In this document: positions 32,227 to 41,640 of the stretch, piece by piece
How the letters are laid out: each line of letters begins with the position of its first letter
How positions within the stretch are numbered: position 1 is the stretch's first letter
From: a virus
Lineage: Duplodnaviria > Caudoviricetes
Virus record (IMG/VR): IMGVR_UViG_3300008448_000076
Span: 1-61,999 of that record
Strand: one strand, 5' to 3'
DNA: 61,999 nucleotides
The notes under the pieces: generated by a model
Databases searched by the model: none
Told to the model about the DNA's origin: nothing
What the model saw: only the letters and a program-made list of their open reading frames with translations
Made by a program: the position numbers and the translations under genes

Positions 32227-32966
32227 ATGGAAACAATAGCAGTTTGGTTTTCTTGCGGGGCCGCCAGTGCGGTAGCCGCAAAAAGGACAGTAGAAAAGTA
32301 CGGCTCGACACATAAAATAAGGGTTTTGAACAACCCTATTTTAGAGGAAGATGAGGACAATCAAAGATTTTTAAAGGATGTGGAAAAATGGGTTGGTATT
32401 GAAGTAGAAACCGTGGTCTCAAAAAATACCCGTCTCAATCCGCAGTAGAGGTGTGGGACAGAAGAAAATTTATGAGCGGTCCTTCCGGAGCTCCCTGTAC
32501 ACTGGAGTTAAAAAAGTATGCGCGTCAAGAATGGGAAAAAAATAACGAGGTTGACTGGCACGTTCTTGGGTTTACAGCTGATGAAGTAAAAAGACATGAA
32601 CGATTTGTGCTCACAGAAAGATCTAATGTTCTCCCTATCTTGATTGAGGACAACATAACAAAATCCGATTGCTACACCATACTTCGGGAGAACGGGCTGT
32701 TACTGCCTCGTATTTATTCTATGGGGTATCCGAATGCAAACTGCATCGGTTGTGTAAAGGCAACCTCCCCCACTTATTGGTCCCACGTAAGAAATGTTCA
32801 CCCAGAGGTGTTTGAAAAGAGATCCACTCAATCAAGAGAAATAGGGGCTAGACTTGTTCGCTATAAGGGAAAAAGAATTTTTTTAGACGAGTTGCCAGAA
32901 GGTGCAACAGGCAGATCTATGAAAAACATGGACTTTGAATGCGGTGTTTTTTGTGAGGAAAAGTGA
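32227..32966 (+). pseudogene. PAPS-reductase/PP-loop (adenine nucleotide alpha-hydrolase) family gene split by a 1-nt frameshift
   Basis: WFSCGAASA in one frame; GAPCT.ELK...LGFTADE..R...NANCIGCVK...ECGVFC in the -1 frame; the frames join at the A6 run 32421-32426. Confidence 0.75.
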
Positions 32967-32975
32967 GGAGATCCT

Positions 32976-33332
32976 ATGATCATGCAAGCTTATCTTATTG
33001 ATCCAAAGGCTCGAACTGTCGAGTCATGTGATTACAGCAATGACTGGAAAGACATTGCAGGTTTGATCGAGTGCAACACATTCGATGTTGCAGGGACGGA
33101 TAAACTCTCGGTGTATGTCGATGACGAAGGTTTGTTTGCACCGGAGCGTCACTTCTTCATGGTCGATGGGTTTCCTCAACCGTTGTGTAACAAGGGTTTG
33201 TTGCTCGGTCCTGTGGACTACGACACAGGCGAAACTCTTGAGGCTCCGTGGACATTGGAACAGGCACAGGCACTTGTGAAGTTCGTGTCCCTCGAAGAGG
33301 CTTTGGTAATTGCGAAAGGATTACGCGAGTGA
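32976..33332 (+). CDS. DUF3846-like protein
   Basis: AYLIDP...VYVDDEGL...G.GL..G. Confidence 0.7.
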   Translation: MIMQAYLIDPKARTVESCDYSNDWKDIAGLIECNTFDVAGTDKLSVYVDDEGLFAPERHFFMVDGFPQPLCNKGLLLGPVDYDTGETLEAPWTLEQAQALVKFVSLEEALVIAKGLRE

Positions 33333-33334
33333 CA

Positions 33335-33508
33335 ATGGGCCACAAGGAAAAGTTAAAGGGCGGTGATGAGTACGACTTCCTGACAAGGGCTCGTCGTTAC
33401 TACCATCACAAGGCCGGACAGATCCGAAAGGTCAAGCGTAAGTTCTGGAAGAGACAAAGGGCAGAGGTCAGAGATCATATGAAAGGGGACAACAATGAGG
33501 AAGATTAG
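33335..33508 (+). CDS. Basic microprotein (KLKGGDEYD.L...KRKF.KR.R)
   Basis: ATG at 33335. Confidence 0.65.
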   Translation: MGHKEKLKGGDEYDFLTRARRYYHHKAGQIRKVKRKFWKRQRAEVRDHMKGDNNEED

Positions 33509-33630
33509 ACTGTGGATTTTCTTGAGCGCGATCTGGGTTGCAAAGAAGGCTTGCTACAATGGTCTTTGCTACGACGACCTTAACGAGGCTAAGAAGACAG
33601 AGTGGCAACACTATAATTGGATACGTGAAG

Positions 33631-34080
33631 ATGACGACTATTACGATCCAACCATCTAAGTGGGACAAGAGGTTCATCGAACTGGCAGAGTTCATTGGGC
33701 AGTGGTCAAAGGATCCATCGACGCAGGTCGGTGCGGTGATTGTCCGACCGGACAAGACGATTGCTTCGGTCGGATACAATGGCTTCCCTCGTGGCACGGA
33801 TGACGGTGCTCATCTCTACGAGGAGAAGGAAGTAAAGTACGCACGGATTGTTCATGCGGAGATTAACGCTTTGATCTCCGCACAGAATGCGGATTTTAAA
33901 GGATGCACTATCTACGTGTCGCCTCTGTACCCATGCCCACAATGTGCGGCGGCATTGATACAGGCGGGGATCACACGGGTTGTTGCTCGATTGAGCAACA
34001 GACCAGACTGGAAGGATCGTTTCGCTATCTCGAAGCAGTTGATGCGGGAAGCGGGTGTTGAATTTGTAACGGTGGGGTGA
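33631..34080 (+). CDS. dCMP deaminase-family protein
   Basis: SKDPSTQVGA, GYNGFP, HAEINA, PCPQC. Confidence 0.92.
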   Translation: MTTITIQPSKWDKRFIELAEFIGQWSKDPSTQVGAVIVRPDKTIASVGYNGFPRGTDDGAHLYEEKEVKYARIVHAEINALISAQNADFKGCTIYVSPLYPCPQCAAALIQAGITRVVARLSNRPDWKDRFAISKQLMREAGVEFVTVG

Positions 34081-34083
34081 GCG

Positions 34084-34230
34084 ATGAACGAGCGAATCAA
34101 GAAGGCAATGAGAGATGCATTTGAAGATCTTTTCCTACCAGTGTTCATGGTCACATGGGCAGTCGGCCTCGGGGTTGTGTCATTTTTGCTAATGATATCA
34201 ACGCTTTGGACGGTGTTCAGCTTCTTTTGA
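34084..34230 (+). CDS. 48-aa membrane microprotein
   Basis: Hand translation; hydrophobic C-terminal half. Confidence 0.55.
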   Translation: MNERIKKAMRDAFEDLFLPVFMVTWAVGLGVVSFLLMISTLWTVFSFF

Positions 34231-34284
34231 TTGACTCAGGCGGTGTCTTCAACGACACTGCCTGCCCCGAAACGGCAGAAGGAC

Positions 34285-34692
34285 ATGAGGATGAGAGCCC
34301 TAGCAATCATCGCAGTGGCATTTGCTTTCCCTGCAATAGCAGGAACATCAGTTGATCAAATGTTAAATGATGCCGCAGACAGGCACGGGATCCCAAGGGA
34401 CATCGTACACGCTGTGGCAATGGTTGAAAGTACGAAGCGGTGCGGAGCCAGAAACGGACCACACCGAGGTATACTACAAGTCTCTCGTGGCGCGGTCGAG
34501 GAAGTCGGAATGCAATGGCCCCCTCGAAGTTGTTACGAAGAGATCGAGGCCGGAGTTCGCTACCTTAAGAAAGCAATAGACAGAGGTGGACTCGGATGCA
34601 AAGGTGTTACTCTCTACAACACCGGAATATATGCAAAACCCCACTGCTCTGCATACGGCAGAAAGGTAATGCGTAAAAGGACTGAGGCATGA
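34285..34692 (+). CDS. SLT-domain lytic transglycosylase with signal peptide
   Basis: AA..HGIP...AVAMVES...GILQV...AGVRYL...YN.G; N-terminal MRALAIIAVAFAFPAIA. Confidence 0.8.
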   Translation: MRMRALAIIAVAFAFPAIAGTSVDQMLNDAADRHGIPRDIVHAVAMVESTKRCGARNGPHRGILQVSRGAVEEVGMQWPPRSCYEEIEAGVRYLKKAIDRGGLGCKGVTLYNTGIYAKPHCSAYGRKVMRKRTEA

Positions 34693-34889
34693 ACAGAGAG
34701 CAGCTGATAGATGCCCTTGTTTGTATCGGCATTGATCAAGTCCGACAGATGGAAACCCATCAATGGCTTGGTGTTATCAGAACTCTTATGAATCTCGTGT
34801 TTAGTTCAATGACTGATGAAGAATTATTGGCGCATTACAAAGATGCAATGGAGAAAGAAGATGACAACGGACAACCAACTGCCAGCTGA
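34689..34889 (+). CDS. Hypothetical protein
   Basis: ATGA overlap. Confidence 0.65.
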   Translation: MNREQLIDALVCIGIDQVRQMETHQWLGVIRTLMNLVFSSMTDEELLAHYKDAMEKEDDNGQPTAS

Positions 34890-35133
34890 AGACGACCTTC
34901 AAAACATAAGTGATAAATTGTTTCATGCTTATGTCGATCTGACATACACTTCGATGAAGGAACTTGCTGAAAAGTACAGTGGTCATGTGGCAATGAGCAT
35001 TGTGCTTATGACAGCAGCAAACTTTGCAGTGCAGTCACACCTCGCTGCAGGCATGACGAAGGACATGGTTCTCGATCTTATCAAAGGTGCTATCGACGAT
35101 GCCGAAGACGAAAAAGAAGTTGCGCCACACTAA
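34861..35133 (+). CDS. Hypothetical protein
   Basis: GGAG RBS; ATG at 34861. Confidence 0.65.
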   Translation: MTTDNQLPAEDDLQNISDKLFHAYVDLTYTSMKELAEKYSGHVAMSIVLMTAANFAVQSHLAAGMTKDMVLDLIKGAIDDAEDEKEVAPH

Positions 35134-35173
35134 AAGTTGATATAGTCTTTACCGCAGAAAGGGCAGAGGACAA

Positions 35174-35488
35174 ATGACAGAAGTCATTCAAGGTGAGTTC
35201 GCATATCCTTTTGAGGTTGATCTTAAGGAGCCGCGTCCAATCAATGTATCTGGCACAGCTGTTATCAAGTACGAGGCTGAACGGTACAGCAAAGAGGACG
35301 GTTGGTTTATTGAGGATATCTCCGTTTCAGAAATGACAATTGATGAGGCTTACAATGAAGAAGGTGATGCAACAGGTGTGGGCTCGGACGAAGTCCTTAT
35401 CCTTGCGAATTATATTAGCACTCAAAGCTACGATGACTTGGTTTATCGGGCTATTGAAGACTCTCATGAGAGGTCTTTCTACGGTTAG
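35174..35488 (+). CDS. Acidic hypothetical protein
   Basis: GAGG RBS. Confidence 0.7.
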   Translation: MTEVIQGEFAYPFEVDLKEPRPINVSGTAVIKYEAERYSKEDGWFIEDISVSEMTIDEAYNEEGDATGVGSDEVLILANYISTQSYDDLVYRAIEDSHERSFYG

Positions 35489-35744
35489 TTTATCCTACAT
35501 TCGTCGTAGCATTGGCGAGACCTTTGTGTATGTCGGCAACAAGATCTCCGGTCGCAGCCGTTACATGGAACCTGTGATCGATCTTGTGTTCAAAGATGAG
35601 AGCAAGGAAGAGTTTGCTTACAGGGTTTCGTTAACAACAAGGCGGTACGATATCGAGGTCGGCGTCTTCGATACTTACGAAGAGGCTGGTCAGATATGCG
35701 ACAACATCGAGAAGACAGTGAAGGAATTGAACAATGCAAACTGA
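35466..35744 (+). CDS. Hypothetical protein
   Basis: Packed ORF; start uncertain. Confidence 0.55.
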   Translation: MRGLSTVSLSYIRRSIGETFVYVGNKISGRSRYMEPVIDLVFKDESKEEFAYRVSLTTRRYDIEVGVFDTYEEAGQICDNIEKTVKELNNAN

Positions 35745-35943
35745 CATGTTTGATAAACCTATAGCCGAGTTACGTGTTGTGCAGGTCGTGAACAGACAGA
35801 CGGGCGATGCACTCAGTTGGTCTCTGGAGTTTCGATTTATGTCAGAGGACAGATGGCATCCGGTAAAGGTCGAAGTTTTCGGTGCCACTTTAGTAGAGAA
35901 TAGTAATGAACCAGATTCACCAGTTACAGAAGAAGATCGATAA
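35734..35943 (+). CDS. Hypothetical protein
   Basis: AAGGA RBS. Confidence 0.6.
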   Translation: MQTDMFDKPIAELRVVQVVNRQTGDALSWSLEFRFMSEDRWHPVKVEVFGATLVENSNEPDSPVTEEDR

Positions 35944-36274
35944 GCTAGAGAAAGAACTTCTCCACTACAGGGCTTTGTTTGAAAGAGGCGGAAATGATGC
36001 TCGTTTCTCTCTGGCTTTCAAGGCTCCGGCGCAATTGGCCGCGGTGATCAAGGCTCTCTATATGTTTCCGATTGTCGGATACGATTCATTGATCGCCATT
36101 GCTGATAGCCATGGTCACACGAAGGATCACGATCACACCTATGTGCGGATGATGATCTATCGTACTCGAAGAATTCTAGAGAAGCATAAGATAGAGATCG
36201 AATCTCGACCGCTGTTTGGCTACTCGATTGATGCAAAAGGTAAGGCAAAAATTAAGGAGATGATCGGTGAATGA
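35906..36274 (+). CDS. Coiled coil plus OmpR/PhoB-type winged-helix DNA-binding protein, no receiver domain
   Basis: VRMMIYRTRRIL...IEIES...FGYSI matches the V..I..LR.KL...I.T..G.GY pattern. Confidence 0.65.
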   Translation: MNQIHQLQKKIDKLEKELLHYRALFERGGNDARFSLAFKAPAQLAAVIKALYMFPIVGYDSLIAIADSHGHTKDHDHTYVRMMIYRTRRILEKHKIEIESRPLFGYSIDAKGKAKIKEMIGE

Positions 36275-36782
36275 TCTTGCGTTTGTTGAAAACTACAAGA
36301 GGATTCGTAATCGGTTTAACCAACCCCAAAAGAAAGTTGTCGCTGTAAAACCCGTCGAGGAAACAGTCCCGACTGTCGAGTCTCCGTCTTACCGACCGCC
36401 GGAAAACATAACCACCTTAAAGGTTATGCAGGATCCGGAACTGCGAGGGTACCTTCGCAAGATCGTGCTTCTGGAGGAAGGGATAACATATCGACAGGCT
36501 CTCCTGAAAGGTGCGGAAGATGTCCCGAAGCGGATCAAGCTTGCCGTGCTTCCTATTCTCGAAGAGACGAACTTCAGTTGGGGTGAGTTGTTCGGGAAGG
36601 ACAAGGAGACCAAGCGAAATGCTCGGTGTACCGAGGCTGTTCAGGTGAAGTGGCAGATCTTCAAGGAACTGCACCACATTCACGGGATAGGCCCGACCCA
36701 GATCGCAAGCTGGTGCAAGATGGATCATACGTCAGTCCTGTATGGGCTGGGTAAATTGAAGAAGAGGGTAAAGAGCAAATGA
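36267..36782 (+). CDS. Protein with C-terminal DnaA domain IV-like HTH
   Basis: IGPTQIASWCKMDHTSVLYG resembles the DnaA signature IG..F..RDHTTV. Confidence 0.7.
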   Translation: MNDLAFVENYKRIRNRFNQPQKKVVAVKPVEETVPTVESPSYRPPENITTLKVMQDPELRGYLRKIVLLEEGITYRQALLKGAEDVPKRIKLAVLPILEETNFSWGELFGKDKETKRNARCTEAVQVKWQIFKELHHIHGIGPTQIASWCKMDHTSVLYGLGKLKKRVKSK

Positions 36783-37039
36783 CAGAGGTCAACGAACTGC
36801 TATCAGAACGTGAGAAGACACACGGTAGATTTGCCGATGTCTCGTATATAGCCCAAGAATTAAAGGATACTCTTCGGAGATCCCCTAACTGGAAGAACAT
36901 AAAGTCCAGACAGAGAGAAGCCCTTGACATGATCTGCAATAAGATGGGACGTTTACTATCTGGTAACCCCAACTTCGAGGATCACTCGGACGACATTGTT
37001 GGGTACGCGGTACTTTTGCGGAGGGCTTTAGATGATTGA
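36779..37039 (+). CDS. DUF6378-like helical protein (all-alpha NTP pyrophosphatase-like)
   Basis: ER..THG.F...EALDMI..K..R...G...DH..DI.GYA.L. Confidence 0.7.
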   Translation: MTEVNELLSEREKTHGRFADVSYIAQELKDTLRRSPNWKNIKSRQREALDMICNKMGRLLSGNPNFEDHSDDIVGYAVLLRRALDD

Positions 37040-37122
37040 AAGAGTAATGGCTTTCTTCGTGTTTCTGCCTGTGGCCCTGTCACTTATTGTACTGTCGTTC
37101 AACATCAGGAGGGAGTTCTTGT

Positions 37123-37413
37123 ATGGCACGGATCACGATGTGTTCCGGAGAGACTTGTTCTCTGGCAAAAACCTGTCACAGATCTCCCTTGAGCGGGACA
37201 CCGATAAGTGAAAATCAGGAGTGGTTCATAGAGGAACCATATTGGCGAGATGGAACAGCAAACCCCACAATCTGCGACGAATACTGGCCCAAAAAAGAAG
37301 CGGGCTGCGCCCCGTTACCTTACTCGTACGTGGATCGAGGGGTCGCAGCTGATCCTTTGCACCAACGAGCAACAGTTCAAGAGGGTTCTCAAGAAGACTG
37401 GGCAGAAGGATGA
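37123..37413 (+). CDS. Small Cys-rich protein (ITMC.G..C....C.R)
   Basis: GGAG RBS; 3' end overlaps the next ORF. Confidence 0.55.
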   Translation: MARITMCSGETCSLAKTCHRSPLSGTPISENQEWFIEEPYWRDGTANPTICDEYWPKKEAGCAPLPYSYVDRGVAADPLHQRATVQEGSQEDWAEG

Positions 37414-37699
37414 TCTGTTCTTGGATGAGGGAGCCCTCGCCATGACGCATAGCTTCAAGCACAACAATGATTCGTTATGCATTGTGTGCATGCCTATCTA
37501 CAATGACATGGATGCTGCCGACGTGATCGGCTTACTTGTACATGAAGCTGTACATGTTTGGCAGTATCACTGCGAGTACATCGGGGAAACAAAGCCCGGG
37601 GAAGAGCAGGAAGCGTACTGTATCCAAGCGATTACGACCTTCCTTTTTAGGGATTATCTCAGACAAAAGGGGATCGAGGACGATGGAAAGACACGCTGA
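37250..37699 (+). CDS. Small zincin-like (HExxH) protein
   Basis: LVHEAVHVWQ...EQEAY; start uncertain. Confidence 0.7.
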   Translation: MEQQTPQSATNTGPKKKRAAPRYLTRTWIEGSQLILCTNEQQFKRVLKKTGQKDDLFLDEGALAMTHSFKHNNDSLCIVCMPIYNDMDAADVIGLLVHEAVHVWQYHCEYIGETKPGEEQEAYCIQAITTFLFRDYLRQKGIEDDGKTR

Positions 37700-37892
37700 C
37701 TCAGAAACAATCGATCACATTATTGCACTGCGAAAAGAGATTGAGCAGTTGCAAAAAGAAAACCAGAACTACAGGAACTACGTCTCGATGGTGTACAATA
37801 CCCTGATCGAGATCCGTTTAATCATTCGGCATTGCGACGACCCGAATCAGGCCGTACTCGATGCTATCAAAGATGCTATCAAGAGGCTGTGA
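37683..37892 (+). CDS. Small coiled-coil protein
   Basis: GAGG RBS; ATG at 37683. Confidence 0.65.
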   Translation: MERHADSETIDHIIALRKEIEQLQKENQNYRNYVSMVYNTLIEIRLIIRHCDDPNQAVLDAIKDAIKRL

Positions 37893-37975
37893 TGGAAGTT
37901 TTATTGGTTTGGCTGGCGGTCTTCGGATTATGTGCTATCCTCTACTGGTCAGCCCTGTACCCGTAGGAGGGAACA

Positions 37976-38197
37976 ATGTTCGTCATGGTCTTGGTTGCCG
38001 TGTATTATATCGGCGAAGCTGATCCTCCGATTGCGGCCATCACAAGATCGACGATAGAACATTACCCCACGATGGAAGCGTGTGGCGCAGATGCTGAGAA
38101 GCAGATGAAGAAGTTCGCGAACGGAGTGCCTCCGAAGGCAATTGGTTTCGCGGCGAAGTGTGTAGAAGTAACAGGTCCGGCAGGACAAAAGGCATAG
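37976..38197 (+). CDS. Small protein with hydrophobic N-terminus and a Cys pair
   Basis: AGGAGG RBS. Confidence 0.7.
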   Translation: MFVMVLVAVYYIGEADPPIAAITRSTIEHYPTMEACGADAEKQMKKFANGVPPKAIGFAAKCVEVTGPAGQKA

Positions 38198-38331
38198 GTC
38201 AATGGTTAGAAAGCAAGGAACACTCGTGCGCTTTGAGTACGAGGACAACAATGTGACGGCACTTTGGCAGGACAGCGACGGCAATCGTTGGTATGAGATC
38301 ATTGTCAAGAACGGGATTGTTCAATTCTAAC

Positions 38332-38360
38332 TTGACAGAATAACCACGGGCTCCTAGCTT
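38332..38360 (+). promoter_or_regulatory. Sigma70 promoter of the replication operon
   Basis: TTGACA-17 nt-TAGCTT; the -10 box lies within a hairpin at 38344-38364. Confidence 0.7.
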
Positions 38361-38386
38361 GTGGCCTCATACGGAGAAAGAAAGCC

Positions 38387-38701
38387 GTGACGGTTTATAT
38401 TACGCAGGAAGTTCGAGGACGTGATCTGTCCGATGCTTTAGAGTTCGGTGATCTCGAAGTCATTATCCCTGCAAAGGATCAGATCAGTTTGTCTGCCATG
38501 CCTACGGTTCGGCGCATGCAGAGGAAGCTGGCTAAGTTTAATGACGACGATTTCTTGGTGCTTGCCGGAGATCCAGTCTGCATCGGTATTGCTTGCGCTC
38601 TTGCGGCATCAGCCAATAGAGGTAAGTTTAAAGTTCTGAAGTGGGACAGAATAGATAACAAGTATTATCCCATTCAAGTAAGTCTCTATGGAAAGGAGTA
38701 G
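38387..38701 (+). CDS. Conserved hypothetical protein (VY.TQE...FG...GDP...LKWD)
   Basis: First gene of the replication operon. Confidence 0.8.
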   Translation: MTVYITQEVRGRDLSDALEFGDLEVIIPAKDQISLSAMPTVRRMQRKLAKFNDDDFLVLAGDPVCIGIACALAASANRGKFKVLKWDRIDNKYYPIQVSLYGKE

Positions 38702-38704
38702 AAA

Positions 38705-39262
38705 GTGTCCTTGCTAGATAGTCTTGAACAATATGCAACGGATGTTGCAGGAATGAATGAGAGCGGGCTGTCTCGTGTATCATCTTTGGTACGTAAACAG
38801 ATTGCTCTTGAGAAGCGCGTCGAGGATCTTGAAGAAGAGCTGAAGGCTGCGAAGGAAGACCTCCGCACAGTTGCTGAACAAGATCTTCCGAATGCGTTGC
38901 ATGAGATGGGCATGAAGGAAGTGAAGATGGAAGACGGCAGTGTCGTATCTGTCTCGAACTTCTATAATGTCTCGATCCCCAAGGACAAAACAGATCAGGC
39001 CTTTGATTGGCTTCGGACCAACGGTCACGGGGATCTGGTAAAGAATGTTGTCTCGGCGACCTTCGGTCGTGCAGAGGATAACGTAGCAAAAGACTTGATC
39101 GGGAAGCTTTCCGATGAAGGTTATAATGTATCCCAAAAGCAGTGGGTTGAGCCAATGACACTCAAGGCTTTTGCAAAGGAACAGGTCGAGCAGGGAACAG
39201 ATATCCCTACCGAATTGTTTGGTTTGTACATTGGCGAAAAAGCAAAGATCCGGAGAAAGTAA
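38705..39262 (+). CDS. Conserved replication-module protein
   Basis: Coiled coil, AF.WLR.NG.GD..KN, VEPMTLKAF. Confidence 0.8.
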   Translation: MSLLDSLEQYATDVAGMNESGLSRVSSLVRKQIALEKRVEDLEEELKAAKEDLRTVAEQDLPNALHEMGMKEVKMEDGSVVSVSNFYNVSIPKDKTDQAFDWLRTNGHGDLVKNVVSATFGRAEDNVAKDLIGKLSDEGYNVSQKQWVEPMTLKAFAKEQVEQGTDIPTELFGLYIGEKAKIRRK

Positions 39263-40063
39263 ATGGCTAAGACAGCTGTTGCAGTAGCAGAACCAAAGGC
39301 AAACGGCCTTTCGGTAATCGGTGGAATTGATCTCGAACAGTTCGCAGGTGCGGGCTTGCAGGAAGTGAAGGCTACGGATCTTGCGATCCCGTTCCTCCGC
39401 ATTCTTGCGCAGCTTTCACCGCAAGTGAACAAGCGCGATGGCGCATATGTTCAGGGTGCAGAAGCAGGTGACATCTACCACACCGTTTCGAACACTGTGT
39501 TCAAGGGTGCAGATGGTATCACGGTTGTTCCGTGTTACTTCCAACACCGCTTTCTTGAGTGGAAGCCGCGTGAAAAGGGTGGCGGCTTCGTCGGCACACA
39601 TCGTGCGGATGACCCTATCGTGAAGACAACGCGCCGCGATGATCGTGGCAATGATGTTCTTCCGAATGGAAACTACCTCGTCAACACATACCAGTTCTTC
39701 GTTCTTTTGCTGACTGAAGAAGGGCCTCAGCGTTGCATGATTGCGATGTCAAGCTCGCAGGTCACGAAGGCAAAGAAGTGGCTGACCGTTATGGAGAGCC
39801 AGACTTTCCGTAGCTCGACGGGTAATCTTCTGACGTACCCGATGTTCTACAACAGGTATAAGCTTGTGACTGTACCACAGCAGAACGACAAAGGCTCGTG
39901 GTATGGATGGGAGATCCAGAAGATCGGACCTCTCGGAGAGAGTGAAGCGCACATCTTCCAGATGGGTGCGCAGTTTATGAAGGCAATCAGTGCAGGTGAT
40001 GTTGTGGTCCGAGAGGATCACGAAGAACATGCTGCGCCGTCTTCACATAACGACATCCTTTAA
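39263..40063 (+). CDS. Putative ssDNA-binding/annealing protein
   Basis: DL.IP.L.I.AQLSP...EW.PR..GG...NDKGSWYGW; acidic C-terminus; upstream of the primase gene. Confidence 0.55.
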   Translation: MAKTAVAVAEPKANGLSVIGGIDLEQFAGAGLQEVKATDLAIPFLRILAQLSPQVNKRDGAYVQGAEAGDIYHTVSNTVFKGADGITVVPCYFQHRFLEWKPREKGGGFVGTHRADDPIVKTTRRDDRGNDVLPNGNYLVNTYQFFVLLLTEEGPQRCMIAMSSSQVTKAKKWLTVMESQTFRSSTGNLLTYPMFYNRYKLVTVPQQNDKGSWYGWEIQKIGPLGESEAHIFQMGAQFMKAISAGDVVVREDHEEHAAPSSHNDIL

Positions 40064-40071
40064 TCAGGGAC

Positions 40072-40093
40072 GGGGGAGGATCCAACCTCCCCC
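40072..40093 (+). other. Intergenic GC-rich hairpin
   Basis: GGGGGAGG-ATCCAA-CCTCCCCC; no U-tract. Confidence 0.5.
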
Positions 40094-40110
40094 ACATCTG
40101 GAGCCTAACA

Positions 40111-41640
40111 GTGGATCTCAGCCAAGAATTTTTTGATCTCTTTACTGGGAGCGACATTGCTCACGGTACGTTCGAGATCAACTCAGAAAGAATGACAGAT
40201 GGCAAACGACAAGGAACCGCTCGCGTCCTTCGCGAGGCTACCACTTTGGATCATTGGCGCAGCCACCTCGACGGCAAAGTTGGCCTCGGAATTATTCCTA
40301 TCAACAGTCAGAACACTGTACGGTGGTGCGCCATCGACGTTGACGTATACAGTCTCGACCACGCGTCGCTCGCGCGGAAACTCACCTCGCTCAAAATCAA
40401 AAGCGTCCTCTGCCGGAGCAAGTCCGGAGGCGGTCACCTTTACTTTTTCCTCGCTGAACCAATTGCAGCGGGAGATGCCATGGCAAAACTTGGAGCCATT
40501 GCCTCACTCCTCGGTTACGGTAACTGTGAAATTTTCCCCAAGCAGTCATCCCTTCTTCTTGAGCGAGGAGATACTGGCAACTTCCTCAACATGCCCTACT
40601 TCGCCAGTGGCCGAAGCACCCGCTACGCCTTCGACGGAACAGGCGCAAGCTTAAGCGCAGAAGAGTTTATCTCCTTTGCCAAGTCTCAGGTGATGACACC
40701 TGACGAGTTTTTTGCCGTCAAGACACGCGACGACACCTACGACCAGAACCTTCCGGAAGGACCGCCGTGCTTACAGCATCTGGCATCCCAAGGATTTGGC
40801 GAAGGCAGTCGCAACAATGCTCTGTTCAACCTCGGTGTCTATGCTCGACAGGCTAACCCAGAAGGCTGGGAAGAGCAGGTCAAGAAGATGAACGAGAAGA
40901 TGGTTGTCCCTCCGCTCGAAGCGCGTGAGGTCGAGGCCGTCATCAAGCAGCTGAAGAAGAAAGAATATTTCTACAAGTGCAGTGATCAACCTATCGCTCC
41001 GTTCTGCAACAAAGAGATTTGCAAGACGCGCAAGTTTGGCGTGGGCGAAGGCAATGCAACAGTGGACATTGGATCACTGACAAAGATCAACGGTGATCCG
41101 CCAATCTGGATCATGACCGTTGATGGTGATCGCCTTGAACTCAGCACGGATTCATTGCATTCGCAGACCATGTTCCAGAAAGCATGTATCTCGCAGATCA
41201 ATAAGTTCCCTCCGATGATGAGTGCTCCGGCATGGCAACGTCGTGTGTCTGCACTTCTCTCGACAGCAACCATTGTTGAAGTCCCGCCAGATACGACGAT
41301 GCGCGGGGAGTTCGAAGATCTGTTCACGTCCTTCTGCTGTGATCGTGCTCGTGGCAATGAGCGTCCGGAAATCTTGCAGGGCATCGCCGTGTGGATGGAA
41401 GGTCGCGTCTACTTCCAGATCAAGGATCTTAAAAAACATCTGACGGTCAACGGGTTTAGTTCCTACTCTTCAAACAAAATCGGTTTGATCATCAAGGAAA
41501 TTGATGGTGCCGACAAAACATTCTGGAAGATCCGCAACAAAGGCGTTCATGTGTGGAGCGTTCCGGAGAAGTACTTTGGGGAAATGGTGAACACACCTGT
41601 CCGTGAATTGCCCAAGATGCGTGGCGAGGATCTCCTCTGA
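40111..41640 (+). CDS. AEP-type primase with PriCT-like domain
   Basis: IDVD, RSKSGGGH.Y, EIFPKQ, GN..N.PY, GPPCL...EGSRNNALF. Confidence 0.8.
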   Translation: MDLSQEFFDLFTGSDIAHGTFEINSERMTDGKRQGTARVLREATTLDHWRSHLDGKVGLGIIPINSQNTVRWCAIDVDVYSLDHASLARKLTSLKIKSVLCRSKSGGGHLYFFLAEPIAAGDAMAKLGAIASLLGYGNCEIFPKQSSLLLERGDTGNFLNMPYFASGRSTRYAFDGTGASLSAEEFISFAKSQVMTPDEFFAVKTRDDTYDQNLPEGPPCLQHLASQGFGEGSRNNALFNLGVYARQANPEGWEEQVKKMNEKMVVPPLEAREVEAVIKQLKKKEYFYKCSDQPIAPFCNKEICKTRKFGVGEGNATVDIGSLTKINGDPPIWIMTVDGDRLELSTDSLHSQTMFQKACISQINKFPPMMSAPAWQRRVSALLSTATIVEVPPDTTMRGEFEDLFTSFCCDRARGNERPEILQGIAVWMEGRVYFQIKDLKKHLTVNGFSSYSSNKIGLIIKEIDGADKTFWKIRNKGVHVWSVPEKYFGEMVNTPVRELPKMRGEDLL

